Of a stretch of DNA of 64,000 nucleotides, positions 11,431 to 24,810 are shown in pieces. A model generated the notes under the pieces. The model did not search any database. It was not told the DNA's origin and saw only the letters and a list, made by a program, of their open reading frames with translations. Numbering within the stretch: position 1 is the stretch's first letter; every line of letters starts with the position of its first letter. Location of the stretch: assembly GCF_018977255.1 (NCBI RefSeq), contig NW_024704743.1:106208001-106272000 (forward strand). Direction: 5' to 3'. Both the position numbers and the translations under genes were made by a program. The DNA comes from Callorhinchus milii. Lineage: Eukaryota.

Positions 11431-14400
11431 AGAGAGGAACAGGAGAAGGCAAAAGATCTAGGTATTGATTGTACAGCACATAAATCGGAGTACATTTGAT
11501 GAAACATTTCAGGAGTGAAATCAATGTACTGTCTCTAAATATCTAAAGTAGTGGGTTTTCAGTATCTGACATTGTCATTATTCCACAGGTAAACTCGAAC
11601 AAAAAGCTTTTGATTGATTTGGATTCTTTCTTGAAATAAATCTCCTAAGGTGTCATCAGAATATGTAAGGCAATGTGTAAGCCTAACACATGTGTAAGCC
11701 TGCCTGATTTCACTTGTCCATACCCCAGTACTATTTCTCCACTTTTTTTCTGAGTCACAAGGTTGTAGGTTCAAGCCTCATGGTCTAGTCAGACACTGCA
11801 TTACAGTGAGGGAGCACTGCAATGTCAGAATTACTGCCTTTTGGATGAGATGGCAAACCAAAGTCATGTCTGCTGGTTCATACAATTCCATAGCATTACA
11901 ACACGAAAAACAGCCATTGGCCCAACCAGTTTACCAGTGCTTAAACTCCATCTCAGGCCCCACACCTCTTAATCCCCTCTCTTATGGCCCTCTATTCCCT
12001 TCTCCCTCAGCATAACCACACAGATTCTAGAGTTGTCCACTAAGTACAATACTTGGACAAATAAGAGTGCAAATCAATGCTTCTCTGAATTTCTAGAAGA
12101 TCAGAAATATTTTGAAGTTAAATATTCTACTGATGTGGGGAACAATGCTCTGCACACAACTACTATAACTCTTGCATTTGATATGTTTGATTTATAACAC
12201 GTCATTGAGGTGTCTGAAAGTGCTTCTCAGGAGTTTATTGCAGTGACTGTGTATTTGTATTTATAGTACTAAATAGAAGCGTTACTGTATATTGATCTCC
12301 CAGGTGGTCATATCATGCAACTGACGTTATCCTTGGTGAATTTGACATCTTGGTTGCTCAGGCTGGAGTGGAAAAATTTGTTTTAATTCCACATAACACG
12401 ATGTACAAGGAAAACAAAGATAACTCAATAAGTAAGTGCCCTTTACATGTTTCAGTTGACTAAATGGTGCTCAGATTTCTTCAGTTCCAAATACATTCAT
12501 TCTGACACTGGTTATTCAGCTGTAGATCAGGATATGGCCTCATCAGGTGGCCCTTAATGTTAGTAATTTAATGCGGTTCCCATTGTCTTCAAATTACCCA
12601 ATACTGATATTGTACATCTGCTGATACACAATGCAGAGATCAGTGGAGACAAACTGCCTGTGTGGTACATAGAGTGAAAAGGTTGACTATTCATTCCTGC
12701 AAGGACTCATTACTGCAGTGCTCCTATCTGTAATGAAGACAAATAGTCATACGTTTAATATTTTATGCAGTGGGTAAAATGTGAAGTGAGAAATGTGATG
12801 TGAGATGTGATAATTATCAATGGTGATAATTAGCACACTATTGAAAAATTTGCATCAATCAATGTTTGAATAAATTCAGCCTCTGCCACCTCACCACATG
12901 CCTTTATCATACAGGATTGGTGAAATGCTAGTTTGCAGCCACATTGAACTTGCTGGATCAAGTCATTTTTATGACGGTTCCAGGAATGTGCATAAGTCAG
13001 CTTTTAAAGCTACCACACATCGGATGCTCCATTATCACCCATTAGTGATTTATTGTATCAGTTCAAATGAGCAGTGAAGCAAAGAGAATGAGGGAGAGAG
13101 CTGCTTCTCTCAACTGCGGATTTTCACTAGCTACAGATAACCACGCACATTCAAAGTTATCCACAGTAAAATCCTTTGAATCTCCAAAATAATGTTTTTT
13201 TTAAAAAATTGCACCTCTTCTATTCACCACTTTCTCACTTGTCTTGAATGGAATTTTGTTGGAGACTAGTGAGGACTTATTTGAGGTCCATGAAGTTGAC
13301 TTTTACATCTGTATTCCATCTGCAAAACTTTTATGTAAATTTCTCTCCAAGATTTTAACCGTAGTTAATATCGGAATGTGTGAAGGTAAGTATTGATGTG
13401 AGCTGCACAGATATTGTTTGCAACGGTTAAATGTACAACTTCAACTATTATATTGAATAATAATATTGTATTCTTTGTGATACAAATTCCTCTATAAACG
13501 GAATGGCGGTGGGGGGGGGCAATCTTATGTCAGATACTACAACTTACATTTATATAGCCTCCTTCGTGCAGGGTAGCTTCCTGGAGTGCTGAAATTCTTT
13601 TAGGTAAAGACAACGCAACTCTTAGGCAAAGTGGTTTTATTGTAATGCTATAAAATATCCGTCTCCATTGCCTGCCACTCATACATGTTTGGCCAAAGCA
13701 AACATGAAGAGAAATTCCATCCAGGTCTAGATTTACTCTATTTACATAGAATTTCAGGACATCCAGAATTTGACATATTGTTGAATTCAGTCTTGACTTT
13801 GAAGATGGTTTTCTGCTGTTCTTAAAAGAAGCATACATAAAACCAGCTTCAAAATTAGGTTGTATTTAACAATTTGCCAAATTTCAGAAGCTCTGAAATA
13901 CAAACCAAATCTAGACCCTTGTGGAATTTCTACCCTATGATGCCAACAGGAAGTTTCTAGTTTTGTGAGAAACTGAGAACAATTATATAACCTGTTGTTT
14001 CTAAATAATCAGAGGTGTTTAGTTCTGTCAGTCATCTTCCAGAATTTGTAAATCTTCTGTCAAGACCAAAACTAGCGAATAAAACACTTAATTCATGTAA
14101 ACATGTAAACAGGTTCGAACAAACTAAATTGAGTAGATTTAATCTAACAGTAGTGTGAGTTAAATGACCAACGTGAGATCCTGTATTACCACATTTACGG
14201 GATATTACAATTTAATACTTAGAGACAAGGCTGGTAAAATGTCCTTGTTCTAGGGTTACCTGAATGGTAAATAATTAACACCAGAGGACAGATTGTTATT
14301 TAATATTTATCACCCTAAATTAGCATCCTAAAGGAATTGCCCAACCTGTGAATGGCCTCCCGATTGGAGCCCCCATCTTGATTACCTGTCTCCAGGGAAG

Positions 14401-17400
14401 CTGAGAAAGACACACTCAGTGCCTGTGTGTGTCCAGTCTCTTGTCCCCCAAGACTGTTACTCCATCAGTAGACAGGCATGCAGAGCACCATGAATTATTT
14501 TACCTGTCATTTTTAAGAAATGCTGGCTTCAAAGATTCAGTCTGCAGTAATTTAGAATTTATTCTCCCACATTTTTAATGGGGTGTGCAGATATCATTCT
14601 CCTGTTATTTACTCTTTTGTGTCCCATCACATAAGGTGGGTGTCTTGTCTGCTTCTAGGCTGCCACCAATCCTTCCTTTTAGCCAGCTGCCAAGAGACGA
14701 CAGGAATACTTAAGTCTGATTTTCCCCTTCCCACCGCTAGTAAACGCCATATGCTCCCTGCTGAACACAACTCAGGTGAAGAACTGAGCAGACTGGGACT
14801 CGAAGCCACTCCATAACTCTAAAAAATAATTATTGATTATCTTTTTAGTTTCATATTTTCCACTCCGTTTGAAAATTTGCTGTACAGACACCAGGCTGCC
14901 CCCAAATAAGTGATGTGTATTACATCAAATTATAACGCAGAAACAGCCCATTTGGCCCAACCAGTTCATGCTGGTATTTATACTCCAGCTTACTGAGCCC
15001 TCCACCCCTCGTGTTCCCCTCTCATATGTAGGCTTCAAGATTTCCCTTACAATAATAATAATAATCCTTGCATTTGATCTAGTCCCTTATCACAGCACTT
15101 CACAGGATTTTACTGTGAAGCAGAGCAACTATACCGATTTGTGCTGATGTAACTGATATCAGTTGGATTGGCAGTAGGCTTGATACATTTGACCTTCCCT
15201 TCCCTGGGCAGCCAGGGTTCCCATTTCTGATCACCATCTAATGGACCTTTCTGTTAAGAGTGCGTCTGAAAGTTGGAGCTCAATTCCAATTCCCTTCATA
15301 CTCGCTTAGTCTGTCCACATTCAACAGAATGATTGATTGCTGAAGCCAGCATTCTTGCTGTCGTGTGATGAGAAATGATTTGCCACTGTCAAGTCTGATG
15401 CATTTAGACCATTTGCTTGAGGTATCAAAGGGAAGCTGGTGCTTAGGAAATCGTATCCCAGCATGAGTCAGAAACAATTATAAAAAGAACCAGTGCAAAA
15501 TAGCAGTGAAGACTTATTTTTTTCTGTCCAAAGAGATATGCTGCAAAGGAAATGTTAATTTTGAAGAATAACCTGCTAACTTGACACTTCCATAAACTAG
15601 TTAACACCAGTGTTGGCATATCTGCAATTTGACAGGAGCCTAAACCTGACAGAAAATAATGAAGTGAGCCCTGCAGGCTTGCAGTCACAAAGTCCTGCGT
15701 GTTTAGATAATGAGGAAAATTAAATCCTCATTAGCAAAGTATATAGATTTTGAGAAAAAAATTCTTACTGCAATTTTTTGGAAAAGGGAAAAAAAAGCTT
15801 TTTAATTAAATATTTAAGTCTATTAAATAATAAAGATTCTATTCAACACATATCATTGGCCGTTGTTTCCTGATTAATAATATGCAGCTACTTTATTCAG
15901 ATCAAACTAAGAAACGGTTGTCCTTACATTAGAAGTATTAAACGTGACACTCTCAAGTGAATTCCTTGCCATTGTCTATTGTACAGTGAGTGTGTGAGGT
16001 TACTTGATGCCTTTCCGTAACTAGCTGTAGATATGAGTACAACTGCGTGGGAGGAGGGTGCACATTGCTTCTTGTATTCCCAAGTGTTGCTGGTGGACTT
16101 GTCAGAATAATGGTACAAAGAGAAAAGTGTTAACTGAAGCAATGCCTAGAGGGAGGTTGGAGTGGAGCCGTCCAATTGCCATGGAGGAAGCAGATGATTC
16201 TCAGCAAGTTGTTGCTTTTTTTAATTGTTCTTGTCAGAAGGCCCCTTCGCTTTTTACCTGTGCTTACTGTTAAAATCAGTTGGAAAATATGAACGACTTG
16301 TGTTTAATGGTTATTATTTGCAAATAAACCAAAAGTTTTACTTTAACTATTGGCAATTTGTCACTTTCCATGAGGCGTAATCAATCTCTTGCTAAGAGGT
16401 CTGATGTAATTTGGGCGCAGTAAATTCTTAAAGTGACTAAACCAGTGTTCTTTTCGTAAGTAGGGCAAACACATCTATCTCAAATGAAATGGATTGATTA
16501 GCATTTGAAATGATTGGCCAACCCTGGCTGTAACACTCTTTTACACTACAATATGGGATGTAACAGTGTTGGCTCAACTCCTAAAGTGTGGGTGCTATAA
16601 TTATGGATTTTATAGCCTCTATATTTAGCTAGTTAAACAGCACTTAATGGCTACAAATTATAATCACACTTTGTTCATAAATATGGTGGAGTACTGTAAA
16701 CATAAGTGCTGAAATCCAAGTTAGGAATGGCAAAGTCCACACCGCCAAATGTGATCTCCCTCAATTTTGACTGTCACTAAGGACAATGGGGTAAACATTG
16801 CAAGCTTCTTAACCGAGCTGAAGTGTGATGGTGGTGATGCAGGAAAATTGGCTGGTCAGATGTCTGATACATGTAGAAACCCATCACCAAGCTTAATAAT
16901 CTCGAAACAAAACTTTAGAGGTTCACAGACATGTAGAAATTTCCATTTTGTTTGTTTGTGCACATTCTCTCCTTACAGGGACATACCTTGCCTAATCCCA
17001 GTGAGTTTAGCAACAGGTTGGTATGAGCCAAGCTGAGGCTTGGGGACCCTAGAGTGTCCATCTTGAACCATCCTACCTGTTAGGGCTTTGACTTGCAAGG
17101 TAAACAGGAGTTGAGAGGGAAGATTCCTTGCTCTCCAGTGACTGGTCTGTCCTTCCAAGTCCTGCCGTTGATCCAGGCTGGATGTGCTATCATAAGCAGT
17201 GCCCTGGATTACTACAGACCTGGATTTTGCAAATAGACCAGAGGAAGCCCCTCCACTGTATTCGCAGGAGCTCGGTTCCATAAATGAGGACTGTTTGCTT
17301 ATAGGTTTTATATGCTGCAAACTTGACCTGCACTGGGACCTTATGTGGTGAGTGGCCCCAAGTTCGGAATCATGGTTCTGCACAGCTCAAAAGAAGACAT

Positions 17401-18089
17401 CAAGGGTATTGATTGGAAGATACAAGGGGCATCAATCCCAATTGTTGATTTTTTATCAGTACCACAGGATAGTCGACACCAACTTTTCCCTGGACACTGT
17501 TCTGAAGGACCACGGCAGAGAATGAGAAGGGCACTCTGGTCATGTTCATCCTCAAGCTGATTTTTATCAGGTTGTTTGAAGCAGTTAACGGCAGTGCATC
17601 TAGGGGTTCTGTTGATATTTGTTACTTGTGTCCAATAGACCTTTCGAAAAAAAGTATGCTCTAGTTCTGCTTTTGGTGTCTAGGTCAAATAGCCTGCTGA
17701 TATGTACATTGTCTACAACAGCAACAACTTACATTTATATGACCCTTCACATCAAATAATGTTTTTGGTTTGATTTACAGCAGTGGAGATGGTGCAAAGC
17801 AGGAGTGAATGAAGAAGGGGACGGTGACTATAAGCATAGTCGAAGAGATAGTTTTTAAGGTGGGACTTGAAAACCAATAGAGAAGGTGTGAGACTGATAG
17901 AGAAAGAGTGAGATTGATAGAGAAGGGGTGAGATCGATGGGGTGAGGGAGAGAGTTCCAGAGATGAAGGGAGTAAAAGTTGCAAATTTGTAGAAATATTT
18001 GTTTTGTTATCTGGGTGTCTGACACATGTGGATGACGATCACCATGCTTAAGAGTATTCAAACCAGACTGAGAATTCCACATATGTATG

Positions 18090-18760
18090 ACACCTACAAA
18101 TATGTAGACTGTGTATTTTGTAGGCAAACATGGCAGCCAATTTGCACGGCAATGCCCAACAAACAGCTAGGAAGTGAATGACCAATTTTATCTGGAGGAT
18201 TGTTGGCCAGGATACTGGAAGAAATCCTCTTCTATTTTTGAATAGTGGCATGGGATCTTTAACGTCTCCCTGAAAAAGTGGATGGGACCTTGGTTTATTG
18301 TCTCATCTGAAGAACAGCACTTCCAACAATGCAGCACACCCCCAGCACTTAATTGAGTATCAGCCGAGACTATATGACTTCAATGTCCACATGTGGGGGT
18401 TGAACCCTCAACATTCAGGAGTCCTGTAGCTCAGTGTTTAGAGCACTCACCTCACAAGCCAGAGACCTGGGTTTAATTCCCGGCAGGGTGAAACCTTGGG
18501 CAAGTTTCCTTACTCCACAAGTCTGATAATAATCCTTCAAAAAAAAAATTGGTCACTTCAATCCACCACTGTTTGTTGGACATTGATGTGCGCAATTGGC
18601 TGCCGCGTTTCGCCCACAAATATACAGTCAATTCACTTTACAGTTTATTCTGTGAACCACTTTGAGACGTCGAGAAGACGTGAAAAAACGCCATATCAAA
18701 TGCAAGGATTATTATTCTGATTCAGAGGCAAGAGTACTACCAACTAATACAGGCTGACAC
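18090..18760 (-). mobile_element. Older Deu-domain SINE containing a nested young SINE
   Basis: Reverse complement matches the 6593 family. Interrupted at ~18417-18715 with a short attc duplication. Confidence 0.75.
18418..18715 (+). mobile_element. tRNA-derived SINE, short variant
   Basis: GGAGTCCTGTAGCTCAG head and aaatgcaaggattattatt tail. Confidence 0.88.
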
Positions 18761-19313
18761 CAATTTATTTTGCAGCAAACAAATAAGCACACTTGAGAAT
18801 TAGTGTAGAGCTGAATGGGAAATGCATCCTTACAATGACAGGATATAGCAACAATTTAATCGCCAGAAGCAATAAGCACCAAGATGTCGGGGCCCCAGGC
18901 ATCAGTGGGAAGCATCAGTGTGAAACTGTTTTAATTGAATGGCCCAAGAATACCATCTGGTGTAACAGCCCATCTGGGGCCGAATATTTCTCTTGTCCTT
19001 TGGCTTCAGACCATTATTTGAAATGTAATCTTATGCAGAATTTCGGGAAACGGTCTTACATTCAGTCTTAATTCAGTAGGTCGATTTTTCAACAATACCG
19101 AAAAAGTACTGCGGAAAATCAGCTTCCAAACTAGCTCAAGAATAAACTCGAGACTGTCTTAAAATTTACGACCATACAGAATTCGAGAATACAAATCTTT
19201 TTGAACACTGCCCCAGATGTGTTGCTTGTGCAGTTTTTAAAATGCACCATCCAAGGTCTTCTTCCCACCCCAGAGAATAGCAATGAACATTTTATCCAAT
19301 GTTTCAAATACAT

Positions 19314-20349
19314 CAACAACAACAACAAGATTTCATTTATAGAGCACGTTTCACGTTGGAGGACGTCCCAAGGCACTGGACAGTTGGGTCGGGACCCGAG
19401 CAAGGGGGAAATGGTCAGGGTGAGGGGAGGGAAGGGAGCGAGCGAGGAGGGGGTAGAGAGTCGAGAGGGGAGCTGAAGGCACAGTCAAAGAGAAAGGTCT
19501 TGAGACCGGCCTTGAAGGAAAAAAGGGAAGAAGCAAGGCAAAGGCACTGGGGGATAGAGTTCCAGAGCCTAGGTGCTGAGAGGCTGAAGGCTCGGCCACC
19601 GATGGTAGGGCTGTGGGATGTGGAGCAGACCGGAGCCAGAGGAACGGAGGGTACGGGCAGGTAAATAGGGGGATAGTAGGTCGGAGAGGTAGGAGGGAGC
19701 AAGGCCGTGAATGGCCATGTAGGTGAGGATGAGGATCCTGAATTCGATCCTCTGGGGGATGGGGAGCCAGTGGAGGCGAGCGAGAGTGGAAGTGATGTGG
19801 TCCCGAAGCCTGGTGCGGGACAGTACACGAGCTGCAGAGTTCTAAATGACCTGCAGCTTGTGGAGGGAGGTGCCGGGAAGGCCGACAAGGAGAGAGTTCC
19901 CATAGTCCAGCCTTGAGGTGATAAAGGCGTGGACCAGAGTTTCAGCAGCGTGAGGGGTCAGGTAATGCCATAGTATGGCGATACTCCGGAGGTGATGGAA
20001 GGCAGTGCCAGTTGTGGTGCGGATATGAGGAAGAAAGGACAGCTCAGAGTCGAACAGAACACCGAGGTTCCTGACTGACTTTGAGAGGTGGAGAGTGCAG
20101 CCTTGAAGGTTGAGGTGGGAGGACAAGCGGTGGAGGAGAATAGCGTGGTCGACCGTATCGAATGCGGCCAATAGGACGAGGAGGCAGAGGGAACACTGGT
20201 CGCAGATGGTCAAGATGTCATTAGTGACCTTGACCAGGGCGGTTTCCGTGCTATGGGCAGTATGGAAACCCGACTGAAGGGGTTCGAATAATGAATGGGT
20301 GGAGAGGAAAGAGCGCAACTGGGAGGCGACGACTCTTTCAAGGACCTTA
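19314..20349 (-). mobile_element. L2 LINE, 5'-truncated and internally deleted
   Basis: ORF 19842-20462 contains SKVLERVVASQL...EPLQSGF...HSTETALVKVTNDIL...AAFDTVDHAILLHRL (RT), joined directly to RNLGVLFDSELSF...ITSRLDYGNSLL. Confidence 0.93.
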
Positions 20350-23300
20350 GACATCAGTGGCCATAAGGACTCTGAGGTCAACCACATGAAGTTAATTCTA
20401 GGAAGCTCATTGATTTTTAAATATTCCACCCTGATCCACAGGGAGATAGGAAATGAGTCCAATGCTGTACATCCGCCCCAGAGTTTATTACTAAATAAAC
20501 ATTAGGATCACATTGAACTGCAAGAGATTTGAATGTCTTAGCAGATCATTTTAAGAGAAAGGTCAATTTAAATCATCCATATGGTTCCTCCAAGATGTAA
20601 ATTGTGTTGCACTTTAGTTTTTGCAGCTAGATGCCTGATTCTGTGAGAAATTACAGAGATAAAAGGTGTTCTTCAGTTCTGGTGCAACATGTTCACACAC
20701 CGTCTGCTCCAATGTAAGCGTCTACCCTCTCTCTAAAAGAATCTGCATGGTGTATCTTTTAAACTTTTCTTAAAAGTGAAAATTACAATAAACGCTCAAC
20801 AAACTCAGTGGCATCCATTAGGGGCAACAAAAATGGATGAATCATTGACCATCCTTTAGAGCCAATCATTGTGCAAAGGCAGAGTTAGGGGGTGGAGGTG
20901 GGTGAGGGGGGGTTCACAATTTTCACCCCTGCATTATTAGCAGGAACATCTGATTGATGGCGAACACCATGGCTGCATTTGGCGGTGCTGAAACAGATGT
21001 TGGGTTTCATAAATCTCCGAACCTTCTGTTGCTGCGGTTTGCAGAGTGATGGGATCAGACACACAGGTCTGTTGCTGTAAAAGACCTGCCTTCAGCTGAG
21101 TGATGTGGGCACTTCCATAATGAAAACCTACCCCAGATGGACATCACTTGTTAATAGGATTTAGTCAGGGAAATGGAAAGCAGTCAATGAGGGCTGCTGT
21201 GATCGATATGAGGGAAAAACCTTAATCCACAGGAAGCAGACATTTACAACACAAGAATGTTCGATTGTACTTGCTGGCTTTATGTGCTATATGTGTGTTT
21301 ACTTTAAATTACAATACTGTTGTAGTTATTATTGTTGTACTGGATCAGAACTAAATGTTGCCTGATAGTATCCTTGCATATGAAATACTATATTACTAAA
21401 GAAATGCAACTTATTGTCTGTCCTGTGGAGGTGGTTTCTATTCAATGCCTTTGGTAAGGAAGATACTAAGTTTTGTTTGCTAATATTGTACTCTGCATGT
21501 TCTGAAGTTACTGCAATATAGCCAAGATAGGAATACAGGAAAATTGGAACAGGAGGAAATCATTCAACCCATCAAAACTCTTCCACCAGTATACTAGAAC
21601 TCGTCAGATTTTATAATCTCAATGCTCCAATCGTTCATCAGACCCCTTAATACCTCTACTACTCGGGATCTGTCTCTTTCTTAAACATCACTATCGAGCA
21701 TTCCACGTCTTCACAAATCTCTGTTTAACAAAACGCTTGCTGACTTAAATTCTGAATGTCTTAGGTCTTATTTTAATACTGTGTCCTCTTGTAATGGATG
21801 AGTTGTTTTTGTGATTAGGAGATCAGGTTCCTGCTCAGCCTGGTTAAACATTGTCTGATGGTAGACACTGTTGTCCTGAACCCCTGGTGGTTTTTCGACT
21901 GAACAGTATCAGATTAGTGCTCTGATTTTCACTGTATATGAGTAGTCATTTCATTCTAACGGAAGATTTATGTCATTCGGCTTGAACACCATGCATATTG
22001 GAAACTTGGCTGTATTTTCAGTTTAACCTAGCTTCCATTCTAAGCACTGCTAAAAAAAAGTCTTATGTTAGTTTGTGAAAACTAACACTCAAGAGAATCA
22101 GCAGCTCTCTAGGATTGTATTTCTCACTTCTTCCACTTTGCATTTAACAATCCAGTGGGTGAGCAGTGCCAGATCCTGAGGAGGTGGTTTTAAAAACTGA
22201 AATAACACTGTACATTTAGTATTGATTTTGTTGTCCTGGTCTGGTTGGAGAGCATTTATAGTCTCTGGGGCCACAACATTTTGGATAAAAACAAAGCACA
22301 TCAGATTGAAGTATGTTTTGCTCAGTTAATGTCAAAATTGCTTTCATTTAAAACAAAACAAAGTTATAGCTCTACACTGATTTTTACAGTATGAACCCTT
22401 GACAATCTATTATTCTTAACCAAGTTCAAGAAGCATTGAATTCAGAGTGTGGATTGCATTAACACAAGTAGCTATTGAGGCCGTATTAGTAGAATCATTC
22501 AAATGGGAGCTGAATAAGCATCTGAGAAGTGAAAAGAATTCTAGCTGTTTTCCCATATTCTTTAAGAGCTGAAAAATGAGAATGAATAAAACATAGTCTG
22601 TTTATTAAAAGAGCAGAAGTAACACTGTTACAGACCCAATGGGTTGAATGCCTATCCTTTGTGCTGATGCTGTAATTTGTATGTGGCTATATTTCCGACT
22701 GCTCACATGATCAGCCTCAACTTGCATTCAGACTGTAGTCCCTTCCTTAGCAGTCAGTTTATTTTGCCAGTTAATCAGCTGTTGCATGCAACTCCTGTAT
22801 TGGTGCTATGCCTTATCTCAGGCTGCAAATGTTAGTGGGGGAAACTTATCAGAGTCTGTGAAACATATCACCAGCTTTTGGCAAATACTGACTGGCATTG
22901 GCGGCTGCTGTGTGAAGGGTTGGCAGCAGCAATTTGATGGATGGAGAAAAATTATCCATGGGATGCTATTTGTGGATTGTGTAAACCATGTGTAAAGAAG
23001 GAATTATACAATTTTATACAATCTTTCATTCATTATTAACTGCATACAGTAATTAAGAATCCTTGTAATTCCTTATTTATACTTGTACTAAAGACCTGGT
23101 TAGCACAATCTAATGTGAAACAGAAGGAATTCTCTTCTCCCTCCCACTCCCATCCCATTTTTAAGACATAAGTTTCAGAATGCCCTTCAGAAAATTTTCC
23201 TTACACTTCTGTTAAGTTTACTTTGCATGGTTGAATACCAAAATTATGCAGACACTCTGCTAGGATATGTGTTGAAGCCGTAGAAGAAATGTAATGAGCC

Positions 23301-23388
23301 TTTAAATTATTACATTATTATTATTATTTATTACATTATGTTGTTGCTGGAGAATCCTGTTGTTTAACTGTACTAGAAACATGCTTGT

Positions 23389-23703
23389 ATTATAATAATA
23401 ATCTTTGCATTTGATACAGCGCTTTTCATGTCTTCTCGACGTCTCAAAGCGCTTCACAGAATAGACTGTAAAGTGAATTGACCATATATTTGTGGGCAAA
23501 ACGCGGCAGCCAATTGCGCACAGCAGTGTCCCACAAATAGTCGTGGATTGAAAATGACCAATTTATTATTTTTTTGTTTTTGGAGGGATTATTATTAGGC
23601 GTGTGGAGTAAGGAAACTTGCCCAAGGTTTTGCCCTGCCTGGAATTGAACCCAGGTGTCTCACTTGCAAGTTGAGTGCTCTAACCATTGAGCTACAGGAC
23701 TCC
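23389..23703 (-). mobile_element. tRNA-derived SINE, short variant, full length
   Basis: Reverse complement of the 3110 family. Confidence 0.9.
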
Positions 23704-23749
23704 ACAAATAAATTTGTTATAATCCACAAATTTATTATAATAAACAATA

Positions 23750-24260
23750 ATTTACAATATAGCGAGTTTCATATCAGGAGGATAACTCAAACTGCTCGGA
23801 GCCTGAGATAGGTGTCGGGGCACCGGGATTGGGAGCTGAGAAAGGTTAGGAGAAAAGGGTGTCTGAAATGGGTGTCAAAAAGGTAGGTCTTCAGATAGAC
23901 TTTAAATGTGGGGATGAGATGGATCTGAGATAGAGTTCCAGAGAACAGAAAATACCTGAAAGCTTACCCACTGATGGTGGGAGGGGATCGGGCTGGGAAC
24001 ATGACCCAGACTGGTGTTAGATGAGCATCTGGGTTAGCAGGATTGTGGACACAGGGCGGGGCAAGGTCTTGGAGGGATTTGAACACAAGAATGAGGAACT
24101 CAATCCGCTGTGTGATGGTGTGAGGAGGGGCGGGGGGAGAGAGACCTGTTGAGTTGAGTGAGGATGGGAGTGATAAGCTTGCAGAGAGCACAGAGGCTAA
24201 GGAGTTCTGGCCAATCTGCAGCCTGTGTAGGGAGGAGCTGAGTTGCTGAGGAAAAAGTGG
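23750..24260 (-). mobile_element. Degenerate L2 3' fragment
   Basis: ORF 23964-24272 contains LHRLQIGQN and QRIEFLILVFKSLQDLAP. Confidence 0.7.
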
Positions 24261-24569
24261 TAACACCATCAAATTTATGTCATGCTATTAGCAATTAGTA
24301 TTTGATGATTATATTTCACTATAAGAAATCCTGGCAGCCTGGTATGTGAAACTTTTCCAGTTAATTTATAAAACACAAGTTAGCTCAGTGCTTAGCACAC
24401 TCGCCTCGCAAGCGAGAGTCCTGCCAGCACTTTTATTTGCTTTATTTGCAAGTATTTATAAATAACAATTCCTTTTAATGGCATGGAAGTTAGTCAGTCA
24501 GCAGTTTGTTTTCACAAATAAATGTGCTAATAGAATAAAGATTCTTTTACTTTGTCCTTTATCTGCATG

Positions 24570-24810
24570 TGTCAGGCAGGTTCAGTTGGGAGCACTCTTG
24601 TCTTTGAGAGATGGGAGTTTCTCCCGGTGTCCTGGTGAACAATCCTGCAAATAAAAATTGACCCTTCATTTCATGGCTACTTGTGGGACATTGCTGTGCA
24701 CAAATCAGCTGCCACGTTCACCTCCAGAATACACAATCGCTTTGCAGTATATCTTGTGAAGCACGTTTAGACTTCCTCTTGATGTGAAAGATGCTACATC
24801 ATATGTAATG
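24570..24810 (+). mobile_element. Older Deu-domain SINE, internally deleted
   Basis: Head tgtcaggcaggttcagttgggagcactc and 3' gtgggacattgctgtgcacaaat. Confidence 0.65.

Noticed and set aside
16973..17560. 136-aa and 71-aa ORFs in a moderately GC-rich unique-looking stretch
   Set aside because: No recognisable homology or convincing splice context. It could be an unrecognised old repeat and needs BLAST.
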